From: Trichosphaerium sp. ATCC 40318
Taxonomy: Eukaryota > Protista > Tubulinea
NCBI GenBank assembly: GCA_038496445.1
Contig: JALMLS010000578.1
Location: 62,001-126,000 of the forward strand
DNA: 64,000 nt
Reading direction: 5' to 3'
Shown here: positions 50,580 through 63,185 of the stretch, piece by piece
Position numbering within the stretch: position 1 is the stretch's first letter
How the letters are laid out: each line of letters opens with the position of its first letter
Program-made: the position numbers and the translations under genes
Notes under the pieces: model-generated
Database searches by the model: none
What the model was told of the DNA's origin: nothing
The model's input: the letters and a program-made list of their open reading frames with translations, nothing else

Positions 50580-51635
50580 TTAGCCTGTACAGCCCACACA
50601 TTTGTCCTGTACTTAATCTGTACATGATTATACTTAATCTATACAGGTGATACTATTGACCTGTATTCTACCTGTAAGTTATGTAAAAACATGTTATCAG
50701 TGGATAAGAGAGTTTTAATGTTATTAAAACATCTATCTAAAAAGTAAAGAAAAAAACTACAGTGGTGGAATCAAGCAGCATGTGAATTGTACTTTTTGAG
50801 CATGTTTTTTTTCCACACATATGGCACTGTATTTATGATAAGGCAGGATTGGCAAAAAAAGCAGGCAAAATGGCAAAAACATGTAGTTGGTTGATATAAA
50901 CTGGGTATTGTTTATGTGGAGATAGTTTTATGTAAAGGTTGTAATAATTGTACAGGTCAAAATTCCAATTCCAGACCTGTACTAAACCTGTATGAAACCT
51001 GTACTTTTGACACCTCTTTTCCATACAATGTATGTGTAAGCACCACATGTGTGCCAAAACCACAACCATCAAAATACAATGACAATCAAAAAATCCAAAA
51101 AAATTGGTGCAATTAAATGACAGCTTGTAATCATAAGGTACAAAACATGTATTATTAATAAAAGAGGGTGTTTTAAGGTTATTAGGACATTTACTTAAAA
51201 AGTAAAAGAGAAACTTAATAAAGTGCAAAATGTAGCTTTTTGCTGAATTTTATTGTTTTATTGCATAACTTTGGTCTGACTCCCACCATTTTTAGACAAA
51301 AATGACAGAAAATATGTATTTGGAGTAGAATAAGGATATTATGGCCTAATAGCTCTATTCCACCACTTTTTAAAGATGATCATGGGTTGCAAGTTTTTTT
51401 GAAATAGTCATTAAATTGTGGATATTAAGTTGGGTTTTAGGACTATCTTCCAAACAGGTCAAAAACATTGTTGTTTAGTGGTAATGGGGTGTATTGTAAT
51501 GTGTTGTAATGTAAATGTGCTTGTAATAGTTAAAAAAACAATAAACCAATTCATTGTTTTACTATTTTGTGTACTTAACCCATACAGGTTCCATACTTTC
51601 AACCCATACTTTACCTGTACATTATCTGTACTCCT
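50580..51635. mobile_element. Degenerate DNA-transposon-like remnant (hAT/MITE-like ends, ACC[TG/CA]TAC subterminal repeats)
   Basis: CAGTGGTGGAATCAAGCAGC at 50760 is an imperfect inverted copy of 53364-53383; about a dozen CCTGTA/TACAGG/CCCATAC units. Confidence 0.55.
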
Positions 51636-51873
51636 GATTTTACTGATGCAAAATAGCACATTTTGAGGATGCATATTTTCCACACATATCACACATTTTA
51701 GGCAAAACATCGCTTTATAGAAAAAAAAAAATAACAATTTAATACAACTATTACATTTCAACTTTTCAAAGCAAGATCAAAGATTAACTATGGGAGTACA
51801 ATCTCAAATTCTCTCTTTGGCTTCAAAAGAACTTTATGTTTAAAGCTACAATGAGTTTAGGGTTTAGAGAGTG

Positions 51874-52973
51874 CTCATACTTATAGGTCCTTCTTAGGTG
51901 CTCGTACTTGCTTACCCTTCCAATTAGGTGGTTTGTCTGTTTCTGATTTTTCCACCATTGCCAACAACTTCAAAGTGTCTTTATGGTACCGACATACCAG
52001 AGTTGATACTTTATATTCAGATTTGTGGGAATCTAAGCTTTTTAGTATAGGAAATAAGTGTTTCACCCAGTGGTATAAATTCACCAAAAATGTCAAAATA
52101 CCTCCTACCCAAAGGTATGCTAAAGTTTCTGACATTGTCAAGCACAACACACCCAAACCTTCTGAAGTCAAATGGCCTCCCACATTACAGGTTATGAGGG
52201 AAAAAGAATGGAAATTCCACAAAATGTTGAAATCTGTCAGCTCTCTTAGGGTGTCAATAGGCCACGTGATATTTTATGGCATTATTTACTAAAACTACTA
52301 CCAATTAAACACTCAGACTCTCAGTATCTGCTTCAACAACACTGTCTTTTTTTTGAATGGAAATATGCCATAGCTATAGGAAAAATGCTTATTAGCCACA
52401 TTTCTACTGATCTTAGTGGTTGGTCTGACAATACTTTGAAATATTCATCTAACAAAGAAAAAGCCATATCAGCTCTATTATGCATTGTATCTGAAAGTGT
52501 AGGAATTCACTTCTCTTTGACAATGAAATTCCACCCACACAAAAAGTCATATTTTGGCATCAACAAAACATTTTTGTTGCTCTTAATGTAGATAATTCTC
52601 AATGTGAATCTTTACCAGATGATAAAAAATACACAGATAGAAAGTTATTGGAAAGCTACCAACTGGATTGCTGACTTTAAAGATACATGGGAAGACTGGG
52701 GAGCTGGTTTACCTCCCACACCAATCTCCCCCTCCACTACCTTCTACTAACCCCAAAAACACTTATATCAACAAACAAGTTTGTCCACTAACTCCACCAA
52801 CCATTAGTAGGCAAAGACACAACTATTACTCAGATGACGAAAGCTCAGATGACTGGGATGAAGATCTTTACTTTGAACTATGATAAAACAATGTAACAAA
52901 AAACACGCATGGCTATTGTCGTCCACAGCACAATAAACCCACCTTTTTATTAAAAAAAAAAAAAATTAAAAGA
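51874..52973 (+). mobile_element. 5'-truncated, degenerate non-LTR retrotransposon (L1/Tx1-like 3' end)
   Basis: TCLPFQLGGLSVSDF..SLWYR (post-RT LP...GGL motif), HCLFFEWKYAIAI (zf-RVT-like), AATAAA at 52932, A14 at 52952-52965, 12-bp direct repeat GTTTAGAGAGTG at 51862-51873 and 52974-52985. Confidence 0.8.
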
Positions 52974-53260
52974 GTTTAGAGAGTGAGCTGCAATTAATTG
53001 TACCCTGTAAACCATGCTAGAGACTACACAAAGGAGCTATTGATGCTCTATTTTGTTTTTTTGAAGAAACAATGTAACTTTAAACTTAATACCATTTTAT
53101 CACACTTCAGCAAGCTTGGTGCTTGTTTGCTTTTGTACCAACTAATTGATGTTGAGTAGAAGGTAAAGTTTCCTTTGCACAGTCATTTACAAGTTAAATA
53201 ATGGGTACAAGCCAGTAAAAGTACATTTTTAAACAGTTTTGTTTGTAAACAAATTAATAA

Positions 53261-53383
53261 CAGGGGTGGAGTTGGACAAAATAAGCATGCCTAAAACATG
53301 TCATATGCATGGAAGAGAAATGTGCCTTTTGTGTGGAAAAAAAAAGAGTTCAAAATGTGTGGTGCTGTTTGATTCCACCATTG
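53261..53383. mobile_element. ~120-bp MITE-like element
   Basis: Ends CAGGGGTGGA...TCCACCATTG are imperfect inverted repeats; the left half recurs at 54028-54076 and the right half recurs inverted at 50760-50827. Confidence 0.55.
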
Positions 53384-54288
53384 AACATTTTAGGCTAACA
53401 TATTAACTGTATTTGCTGCAACTTCAATATGCAGGCATTTGGTGGCTTTTTGTATCTTCCAATGAAAGTGGCAATTGTATTTGGTATATTGAGTGCATGT
53501 GCATAAAGAAAATGTATGTTCTTTCTGTTGACCATTCAAATGGAGAATCACAATGTTTAGAAAGGTTTATCAAGGTTTGTTCCACACACTTTTTAGCTAA
53601 TTTGTGTTTGTTTACACTTTCATAGGTTCATAATGTTAATAGAAAAATGGTCAAGATCATTTTTTTGTCATTTTGAAAGTGATCAACCATTTTCAGGATG
53701 GGTGATTGATTATGCATCATTATGTGCAATACTTCATGATGAAGTTGAAAATGGGTTAAAAGTGCTAAGAATGACAGTTGTCAAAATCAGAAAATAACTG
53801 CTTCAAGTACTTTTGTACATAGAAAACTCACTACAAGACAAAGTAAATGTAGCAAGGTCTTTTGTAGTTTTGAGACACCTGTGGCCCAAAATCAGTCTAA
53901 TGAGGTAAAGTTGAAGTTTCTTTGTCATATTACCTAAATAAATGTAATGTTAGCTCTTATTTTTTTTTTTGGTAGAATCCATTCACAAACTCACAAATTC
54001 AACACAAATTTTTTTACAAACAGCATAAATGGTGGAATTGGACAAAATACACATGCCTAAAATGTGCCATTTGCAGATGAGGATTTGTACATGTGGTTGT
54101 TGTAGATTTTACAGACATTGTTAGTGTTGTTGTAGCAGCCATTGTATTGTTTTAACATAAATAACAATATGTGAGTTTTTATGAGGATGGTTTGGCATCA
54201 CCTTGTGGTGTGCACATATTTTATTGGATTCTACCTGTGAGACATTACTAAATATCAAAATTATACTAAATCAAACTGTACAAGGTAT

Positions 54289-57200
54289 TTATTGTTGTCC
54301 ATGAAGAGATTCTATATCTGAGTCTAAAGATATAATTTCAGTGTCAGTTTCTTTTGCAGGATCTGTTTTGGAGGTTACATCTGGTGTTGTTGTTTCATCT
54401 AATTCTGTAATTTCATCTGGTTTTGGTTGATCCACATCAAGCATTGGAGTCACTTCTCCACTTTCAAGTAATGCAAGGTCTTCACTTCTTTTACGAATAT
54501 AACATCCAAATCCAATACCAATAACAACACCAGCAGCAATAAGCAACAAAGCAATGGATACATACAGGTAAATTAAATTATTGGTATCAAACTGGTTTCC
54601 ATTTCCAACAACGACTGGAACAGCTGGTGGACAGTCATAACGGATGAATTTCATCAAGTTGAGTCCTGTTTGGAAGTCACAAGTATCGCCTGCAATTCTA
54701 CGATATCTGGCCATGTGTTAGTGGGCAAAACAAACATTAATACACTGTACCCTATTGAAGCAATAAAGTACTCGCTAGGTATACAACTGGAAGGTGGCAA
54801 AGGGCCAGTGGTGTTGACACAACGACAAGCCTACAACAAAGTTAGGTATGTTTGTAACCTGGATATTTGCGTGTTACCTCTGGCAAATCTTCTGCAGTAC
54901 CACTCTCCTCTGTGTAGTCGCATAGACTACCATCAATATCTCCTTTGCGTTCAAATCCATAGTCGCTACAAAGAGATTACACCTCGAGACTGCTAAAAAT
55001 AGAAAGTAGCGGTTTACCATTCGTAGTCATCATAGGCGCATTTACAATGTGACAGTGTCACCTTTTTACTATCCTCTCGTCTGTCAAAGCATTGCGCTGT
55101 CTGAAGCAATGAGCTTAAGGGTAGAATTCAGGTAAAAAGAGTACCGGCTTTTTTCTCGTGTAGACGACTTCATGCCCAAGCAAACACTTATCTTTCCTAC
55201 GACCATCATCAACTTGCCAGGTTTCATAGTCGGAGTCTGGAGTATCAGGTGCGTCATCGCCTGTACAATCTCTAAACTGCAACTGTTCAAAGTTGACATG
55301 AATCATTCTTCCGTTCTATGCAAGGTCAATCCACGTAATTGACGTTCAATCAGTACGCCAGTGTTTGCATCATAGCCATGCACCAGAAACCGCCTAGTCG
55401 TCTTTCAAAAACAAAATAACAAGCAAAAACGCTAAAAATAACACAGTGCAATAAGCTGAAGTGGTTAGCTTACCGTGCAGTTAAATCAGTCTCCGTTATA
55501 ATCTGTTTGACGGTAATTGGTGCTGGTAATGTTAGGACTTGAGGATCAGTTGCAAATTCGTCAGTTGTAAATAGAAGATTGGCGGTTTGTCCAATGGGCG
55601 CCATTACAACCACAGCGCCATGATAGCCTATGCTTACCATGTGTCTACCAGTTGTGACGTTACGCCATGTGAGGCCAGCATCCCGTGAGAAATATGTGCT
55701 GTGTCCAGTGGCAGTGAATTGAAAGCCAATATTGCCTTCAGCTACAACTAAGCCGGCCGCCTTTATTGTTGACACAGGCTTGTTATTTTGCGCCAAAGAC
55801 AACTGCAGCGCACACGGCAACTTTGTCTCGCCTGGTGGCGTAACCATTTCATTGCAAGTTGCTCCCTTTGGGTGGTGGACAGAGCTCCACTCACCTCCAT
55901 TATCGTACGTTATTAGAGTACGCGCTATTACGCCTATTTGTTGAATATCCACTGGGTTTTCCACTTGATTCGCAAAGTAGTGGCCTTCCACGCTTGAAAC
56001 AGTTGAAAACTGGTACCTACATGGCACATCTTAGCATCAACGCAAAAAAAAAACTCAGGCGATAAATTGATGTGCAAAGATTGTATCACGAACCTGTGTG
56101 GTGCCGACCTAACAATGTAGTCCATAGACTTTACAAAGTTAGAACCTATTGCATCACTCACATACAGCGTTCCTAAACCGTACACGTCAGCTGACACATA
56201 CGCGCACAAACTAGGCTATCTTACCGTAAGAAGCCGGGTCGTTGCCTGAATGATAACCCAGAAATATGGCATCGTCCATGTTCAGAACTGTCTACACCAA
56301 TTGTCAACAAACTACACAATGGCAACCAGAGATAGATTGACGTACAAACTGAGAGTTTAGAGCCAACTCCACAGGAAACGTTGAACGTATAAACCTGTCC
56401 GAATCGCTGCTAACATGGAAGGCCTGCTTGCTGTCTTTAAGCTATTAATAACTCCTGTCAATACAAGAAGTGCTCAGTGTACTTGCAAGCGGGCTGACGT
56501 ACTGTCACGACAAAAACGAAGCGAGGCGAAAAATAAAAACCCAAGGAAGCATCCAACAACACTGATGTTGTGCGTTCCGCTAGTACAAGTCGATAAACAT
56601 TTATCTCAGCCTAATTAACGCAAGCGGGATTCGTACGCACATTTTTTAAAGCCGACATACTTCTTAAACACAGCATCACCTAATTAAAGTGTTCCAAGTT
56701 AGTTGGGTGGCAATGAGGTTGGGTAGTGCGTACTTTGGCGTAGCTGTCTTTGAAAACCGGACTGTTTTGGAAAGGCGTCAATGTACATGGTTTCTTCAGT
56801 CACATTGCGCGTCCCAGCCCAACCCCAATCCATGTTTCTCACTACACAATAAGGGTTAATACTGTGGCTGAACGGATATTGTGGTAGTTGTGGTTGTGGT
56901 TGAGGTTGTACCATATTTCTCGATGAAGACTTCATTCGTTCCAAAATCTTTGGACACGTACAGCTCGTAGTTGCACCTGTCTCTCGTTATGTGCGAGAAA
57001 CACTCTTTGAGGAAAATGAGTCACTGACTAAACGTATAGAATTGATTTGCATACCACTTGATAGCGCCAAAGCCATGTACCACTCTGGTTGTGTTGGATG
57101 CAGCTTGAACTGCAAATACATTTTGCTTGATCGCATACTCTCAAATGTCTGTCCTCCATCCTTCGTTAGCCAATTCCAAGTGCCCCAACCTTCTAGAATA

Positions 57201-57677
57201 ATCTACACCTTGTTTTGAGGAGTTGTTGTTCGATTTGATTGGGAGGAGGAGCCCATTTGGCATCTTATCCAACGTGTCACTTACTTTGGTAGGATCCACT
57301 TTACTTTGGAACATGTGTCGCACTCCCTTGCGTCTTCCCACGTATTTTTCGGAATCGAACAGCTGGGAAGTAGCTTGCACCCACGAAGCGCCGTCATCAT
57401 ACGTCACGTACAAACTACCTGCATCTGTGATCGCTAGTATAGTCTAATAGCAACGTTAAATGACTGTTTTAAATTATAATCACGTATAGTTGTGCGAACG
57501 TACTTTATTACCCACAAACAATGTCTGGGAAACGCTTTTATCAAAGTCTGTCTAGTTTACGTCAATTCTTCTTCCACACACGTCACAACGCACGCTTGTT
57601 GCCGTTTGACACACACAGACGCCAAACAGCTGTACTACAACAACAAGTGCTATCCAAGTGACAGCTTTAATTTCCAT
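54289..57677 (-). CDS. VPS10/sortilin-family sorting receptor
   Basis: Signal peptide, Asp-box repeats (TYDDGASW, TYDNGGEW, SRDAGLTW), 10CC region (CLLGH, YRRIAGDTC), TM and acidic tail. Confidence 0.93.
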
Positions 57678-57873
57678 CGGCGATTATGAGCCAAACACAC
57701 TATTTAAGGCCGCAGTGTCACCGAATTAGACACGTTTGGGGAACGATTAAGTGCCTGTGAGTGTTTTTAAGTAGCGCTAGTACGAACTCTTCCAAAAATG
57801 CTTCTTTATTGGCAAAAAAAACATGGAGTGGATATGGTAATGTACAATCTTTTTATTGGCTACTGGATTATTA

Positions 57874-60498
57874 TTAGTCTTCTGGAATTGGCATGGTTAC
57901 AGTGTGATCGCTTCTATGCGATGTAGTCGCTGGTTCCAGCAATGGTGAATCGCTGCAGGTGCTAGAGGCGCTGGAGCTCGCCAGAGATGTGATTTCTGTG
58001 AGCACATCTTCTCGAAGATCAGCACCAGCCAACACTATCCTGGACTTGTCGTCATCACTATCAGTCGCTCCACTATTCGCAGTGCCTTTGTGGGTACCGC
58101 TGCTGGTATCATAGTCCGTGCTGGCTTGGTCGCTACCATCTTGGTGATTATCCATCTGCGCGTATAGGCTGTCTATGGAGGCGTTGTCGCCCACTGTAAT
58201 GGCATCCACCAGTGCATCTAAAAATACAAGCCGCTCCAGTGGCAGCATCATGAAACCCATGTCGCCCAAATGCGTGCTTGTCGAAAATCGTTTGTATACG
58301 TGTATTTGGCTCAACAGCTGTTCTAGGCGGTCCTGCGACTGGAGCCTGAGATTATCTGTGATTTGTTTGCTGAATTTGCTGCCGCCGGAGCCCATCGTCA
58401 AGTATAACGTTGCAAGTCGTATCTGTGCATGCAGTACGCCTACTGGAAACACACCTCCCTTACCGCCAATGTCTGCGAAGAACGCTTTTCGAAAGCCGCT
58501 GTCCTTGTTGACGACCAAATCGAAGAGCAGTTCGTGCACTGACGTCAGGTTCAGCAAAAAACTAGTCTCTGTGATGGAGACCATGCTATAGAACAAGTGC
58601 GTCACAGCTTCTTCTAGCCCACGTGCATTCGCCGCGTAAGCAAAGTAAAGCAAGTACTGAGACATGTCGACAGCTGGCTGCTTGAAGGAGCCGGTAGAGG
58701 CACTTTTAATCTCGGGCACGCGGAAGATATCTTCGCCGCCCATCGTAACCACGTTTGATGGGAATCTAAACTGATTCACTGCCTGAAGGCTGTCAGAGTG
58801 CTTTGTGCTCTCCAGGTAAAAGAGTGTGGCCATACTGTGCTCAATCAGGATCGCATAATGATGTGCTACACCAATCAGAGCAGGAGAATTCTTGACGCTG
58901 ATTGCATGACGCATAAAACCATTTAGGGTTTCGATAACGAGATCCAACATTGAGCTCATTTCCCTAGCGATGCTCAGCTTGCCTAGACTCACCAATGATT
59001 TGGCTATCAAGATACAGTTCGTCTCCTTTCCTTTGCTGCATGACTGCTTGAATATACTCTTTAGTTTTGCAAGGACCTTGTACTCCACCCACAACCCTAT
59101 ACACAGTACCGTTATTATTAATAAAAACCCAGTATTGGTGGCAAAAGCGGGGGTACAGAGGACAAGGCTACATACCAGTTTTTTTAACACGCTTCAAACG
59201 GCCGTGAGATAACACGGCGAATTCAGCGCCTTCTATGATCCAAGTATCTAGTTCTTTCCACTCCTCCGTGTTCTCGTTCCATGAACTGACAGATTCAAAG
59301 ACAATCGCATTCAAAGCATCTATCAACGCAATGAGAGCACCACTGTTTGTTTCTACCTTTGACGCAATATCCCCAAGCGTGTCTACAGCCGTAATCACTT
59401 TTAGTTTGTTAGCATTGAGGTAGTCCCCAGTGCCCCTCCCAATCGCGTTTGCCCCTTGCTTGCCGATGCGAACAATAATTTTGATTGGATCCAGCGCCGA
59501 GAAGATGTAGTAAAATAGAGGAAAGACGAAGATGACGTTGCTAATGACCATGACGTATGCAAATACCGCTGTAATACAAAACATCCAGTTAAAACACGGA
59601 TAACGTGGCACCACAACCCAATAAAATATACGTACTTGCTACACGTGGTACATACCACATGCCTGTGCACGTGTTAATTGTGCTGACATACATGAAGGTA
59701 AATGTGTAATAGATGGCCACCATGAGCGTCACACGTGAATTTAAAAAGATGTTCGATACCTCTTGTGTGAACCTGTTGGCCGATAACTGTATGACAACGC
59801 CTTGACAAATTAACCAATAAGACAATAGTGCACAAACAAGTAATTACATTATGATTAAAAAAAAACGTGATTTGAGCGTTTGTTGACGTACCCAGTACAG
59901 TGACGACTGTACCATACACGGTCGCTTCCACGCGCAATAGCTCCTTTACAGCGTTTGCAGCTTGAAGTCTGTCAGGGCTGTAGAATTGCTTGCCCAAAGA
60001 GAACCAAGCAGCTGGATGCAAAGAAGGACGGTCCGATATTAAAACGTCAATAGAGAATCCAACCATAAACACGACAATTGCCAAAACTATCTGCTGCGTC
60101 AGTTCAAATTTATGCAATCATGTTATTCAGTAGTTACCTGGCGCGATGAGGATGAACTCTGTTGATTTTACATTGGTTTTAAACGAATTTAGTTTCACAC
60201 GCTTAGTATCTGCTGATACCTTCAATACTGCACTATGACGCGTTCGTTCCTTTTGCACCTGGCGAAAACGCCTCAAGTTGGCCCCTTTGCCCCGTAACAA
60301 GCTTGGAAGCCCAATACGTTCTATTATATGGTCGTTTTTTGTGTTTTCAGCGACATGGGCTTTTTTCGAGGGTTGATGGCTGCTGGATTGGGGTTCATTG
60401 CCAGAATCGTTGGAAATAGGCGGTTTAGGATCTCTAGGCGCAAATAGCTCTTGTAGTGGAATTGATGTTCGAAGATCACGAGCTGCCACACTCTTCAT
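57874..60498 (-). CDS. DUF2254-like multi-pass membrane protein with a long helical C-terminus (about 4 introns)
   Basis: Spliced TVLGVVIQLSANRFTQEVSNIFL, YYIFSALDPIKII, WVEYKVL, GVLHAQIRLATLYL; the separate frames in the ORF track are joined by GT-AG introns. Confidence 0.65.
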
Positions 60499-60651
60499 TG
60501 TTATTGTCTATACAATTTCATGCGAACCAATTACGTTTCATGCGTGTGGTGTGATTCTGTACTAATTCAATGCAAAGGGAGGCTTAATCCGCATAACTTC
60601 TTTGGCAATTTAGTGCACCAAATACGCGATACTCTTCAGGGTCGCTAGCCA

Positions 60652-61748
60652 ATGGTTCAGCGGTTGATAATACCAGGGATAATTATATTCGGCATTTGTA
60701 TTTTAGAGCTAAGCCCAGCAATATATTACGTTCAATTACCGTACGTATCACCTTTACAACAAGAATACAAAGTACTTGGCACGTGCTTTTTGTTTAAATT
60801 AAGTATATTTGATCAATTCTTGAGTTTTTGTATCTTATTTCGACCGAGAGGCTGCGACGGAGCGGTATGGAACTATAGCCTATCGATTGTTTTCGCAAAC
60901 ACTCTCCTGTGCTTATTTTTAACTGGTTTCGCAATATCACGAAGTAGAAATAACTGTTCAGGCTTCAAAAGTACGCCAGGCGACGGTCATCGTGTTGTTA
61001 AAAAGTTTTTGTAGCATGTTTCTTTATTTTATCGGCAGTGGTGCTCTGTTCGAAGCTTTTATTTATCGAGTTTGTTTTCGCTATGGTCTTCATCAGGCCA
61101 GGCGTACGGAATGACTGCTTCGACACTACGCACAGGTACGCTGTTATACATTTGCATCAAGCAAAGTAGTGGCCGCTAATGGCAGTCGATATAGCGTCTG
61201 GAACATTCTATACTTTGTGATAGTATTAATAAATGGCGTTGTACCAGTCATTCTTGGACTTACGTGGTACTGCATTGAGCGACAAGGTATGCATTCACTC
61301 ATCCAATCCATTTTATCCGTTTGCGCTAATGTGGTCGGGTAGTTGCCAAACGCAAGGATCACGAACGAACACCATTGGTAAGCGGGTGTCCATCAGCCTT
61401 ATACACACTAATACATGCATAGCTTCGTACCAATTTTCTGACAACAGGTCAAGAGCTGGTACATCCCTAGCACTCTAACCCATTATCCTAACATTGAGTA
61501 CCCCCTTAGTCAACAGTCACTTCTGTTTTACAATCTCGAAACTCAAGTTCGTCATTGTTGCTGAGCGCTGAAACAGAGGTAACCCCCACCATAGCCACAT
61601 CGAAAAGGTGTCTGTACTAACGCGTTCACAGTCCATGTCTTGTCCCGATTGTGGTGGTAAGGGATCCAGACCTGCCGAGGACTATTTCGTCAAGTTTGAG
61701 GATCAAGAAACCATCTGTATCACTTGCCGCGGCAAAGGTCTCCTTTGA
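60652..61748 (+). CDS. Four-TM membrane protein with a dileucine motif and a C-terminal CxxCxGxG zinc finger
   Basis: Four hydrophobic segments; spliced tail DHERTPLL...SCPDCGGKG...CITCRGKGLL*. Confidence 0.7.
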
Positions 61749-61866
61749 AAAGCTTGGTTTCGCCATTTCTCAGATTTTTCTTACACGTGCACCCAGCATG
61801 CCATCCACAAACGCAATGCGTGCTTTTTGTTTAGTACACATACACACGTGCTGATAATGTAGGATG

Positions 61867-63041
61867 TTAGGCTATAATACATTGATTTATGCGCACGCCA
61901 TCTTCGTACATTTGAGTGGATTCCAACCTACCCAGCGTATCGTACAGCTTCGTTGTACCATGCAACTTATCTTGTTTGTAATAACGTCTTGATCTTAGTG
62001 TCCCATCCGGTTCCCAGACCTCTTCTAGGCCTTCAACTTTACCGTGATTGTACACAACCCTTCGCACAACATTACCATTCGAAGCGAATACCTCACGTTT
62101 ACCATGTGGCTTGCCGTCAACATAGAATATGCAGCAACGCAACTGCCCATTCGGGAACCATATCGTTCTTTTTAGTAAGTTACCTTTTGCATCACTTTCT
62201 CCTTCGTACTCTTTCTGACCGTTGCTGTGCCATTTGGTTACCAACACTGTATCCTCGAGGTATTTCGTATGAGTAATAAGGTGCCCTGAAGTGTCCCACT
62301 CTTTTTTTTCGTGTACTGCAACACCCTCATCGAATTGCTCTTTAGAACGCATTTGCCCATTGTAGTGCCCTTGAATCACGGTACCATGCAACAAACCATT
62401 GTTATAAGTACATTTGAGCATGATTGCACCGCCGTGGTGATATTCTGTGAGTGGCCCATGGAGCTGACCTGCTTTATATGTTCTGAGTGTTTTTAAACTA
62501 CCCGCCAAAAACCGTTTGTGTTGCCCCTCACGTTCTCCGTTGATGTAGTGCTTATCTACTACAACTGAACCGCGCCAATCATATTTTTTACAATGTCCAT
62601 GGCGTACTCCATGCTCAAAATGAGTTTCAGCCTTGAGTGTCCCTGTTGCAGTGGTGTCAGATGTTTTCCTTTTTTTTTCGTACAAATTAGGACGCTCACC
62701 TTTCCAAGTGTATTGACTCATTTTTCCGTGCAGTTTGTTTTCGAGAAACCTTGCTTTTGTTCTTAGCTTCCCGTTGAGTCTACCACGCTGTTCGGTCTTG
62801 CTGTATGGCTTTTGTTGGTCGTGCCAACGCTTCCAAACGCCTCTCTTGCGCAGCTCCTGATCGAATCTTGACGTTAATGCCGCATACACGCAGAGTTCAG
62901 GCCATTTGATGTAAATATCTGGAGCAAGACCATATATATGCATATGAAGCTCCACAGGTAAATCTAGGAGCGTCTGGACTTTTAGTCGGACAATTTAACG
63001 TTTATTTACTTATGAGCATCAAAACTCACCTCGCTAGCCAT
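61867..63041 (-). CDS. F-box-like plus MORN-variant (YwqK-like) repeat protein
   Basis: A short first exon MASE spliced to TLLDLPVELHMHI; repeats Y.NG.LHG....W..NG in a single 1.1-kb exon. Confidence 0.82.
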
Positions 63042-63185
63042 TACAGATAATAAAATATTGTTTGGCCTGCAAATTGTAGAGAATGAGGTGGATGGTGTAA
63101 GTGACACTTGAAATTTGAATGGGCAACTTATTCCAAGCGTTAAGGCAACGCCTTTATTACATCACGCACTGTTATTTACATATTT

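Larger units (their letters stand above)
50210..54490. other. CpG-depleted transposon island
   Basis: 7 CpG counted by eye in about 4.3 kb, against several per 100 bp in flanking DNA. Confidence 0.95.

Noticed and set aside
50760-53383. One 2.6-kb autonomous TIR transposon
   Set aside because: No TSD and no transposase motif; the inner ORF remnant is LINE-like, and the ends are better explained as separate copies of a small element.
50210-54490. Neurospora-type RIP (CpA to TpA) as the cause of the island
   Set aside because: CA and TG are abundant rather than depleted; only CG is lost.
57874-60498. Frameshifted pseudogene suggested by the staggered ORFs
   Set aside because: The frames are joined by canonical GT-AG introns.
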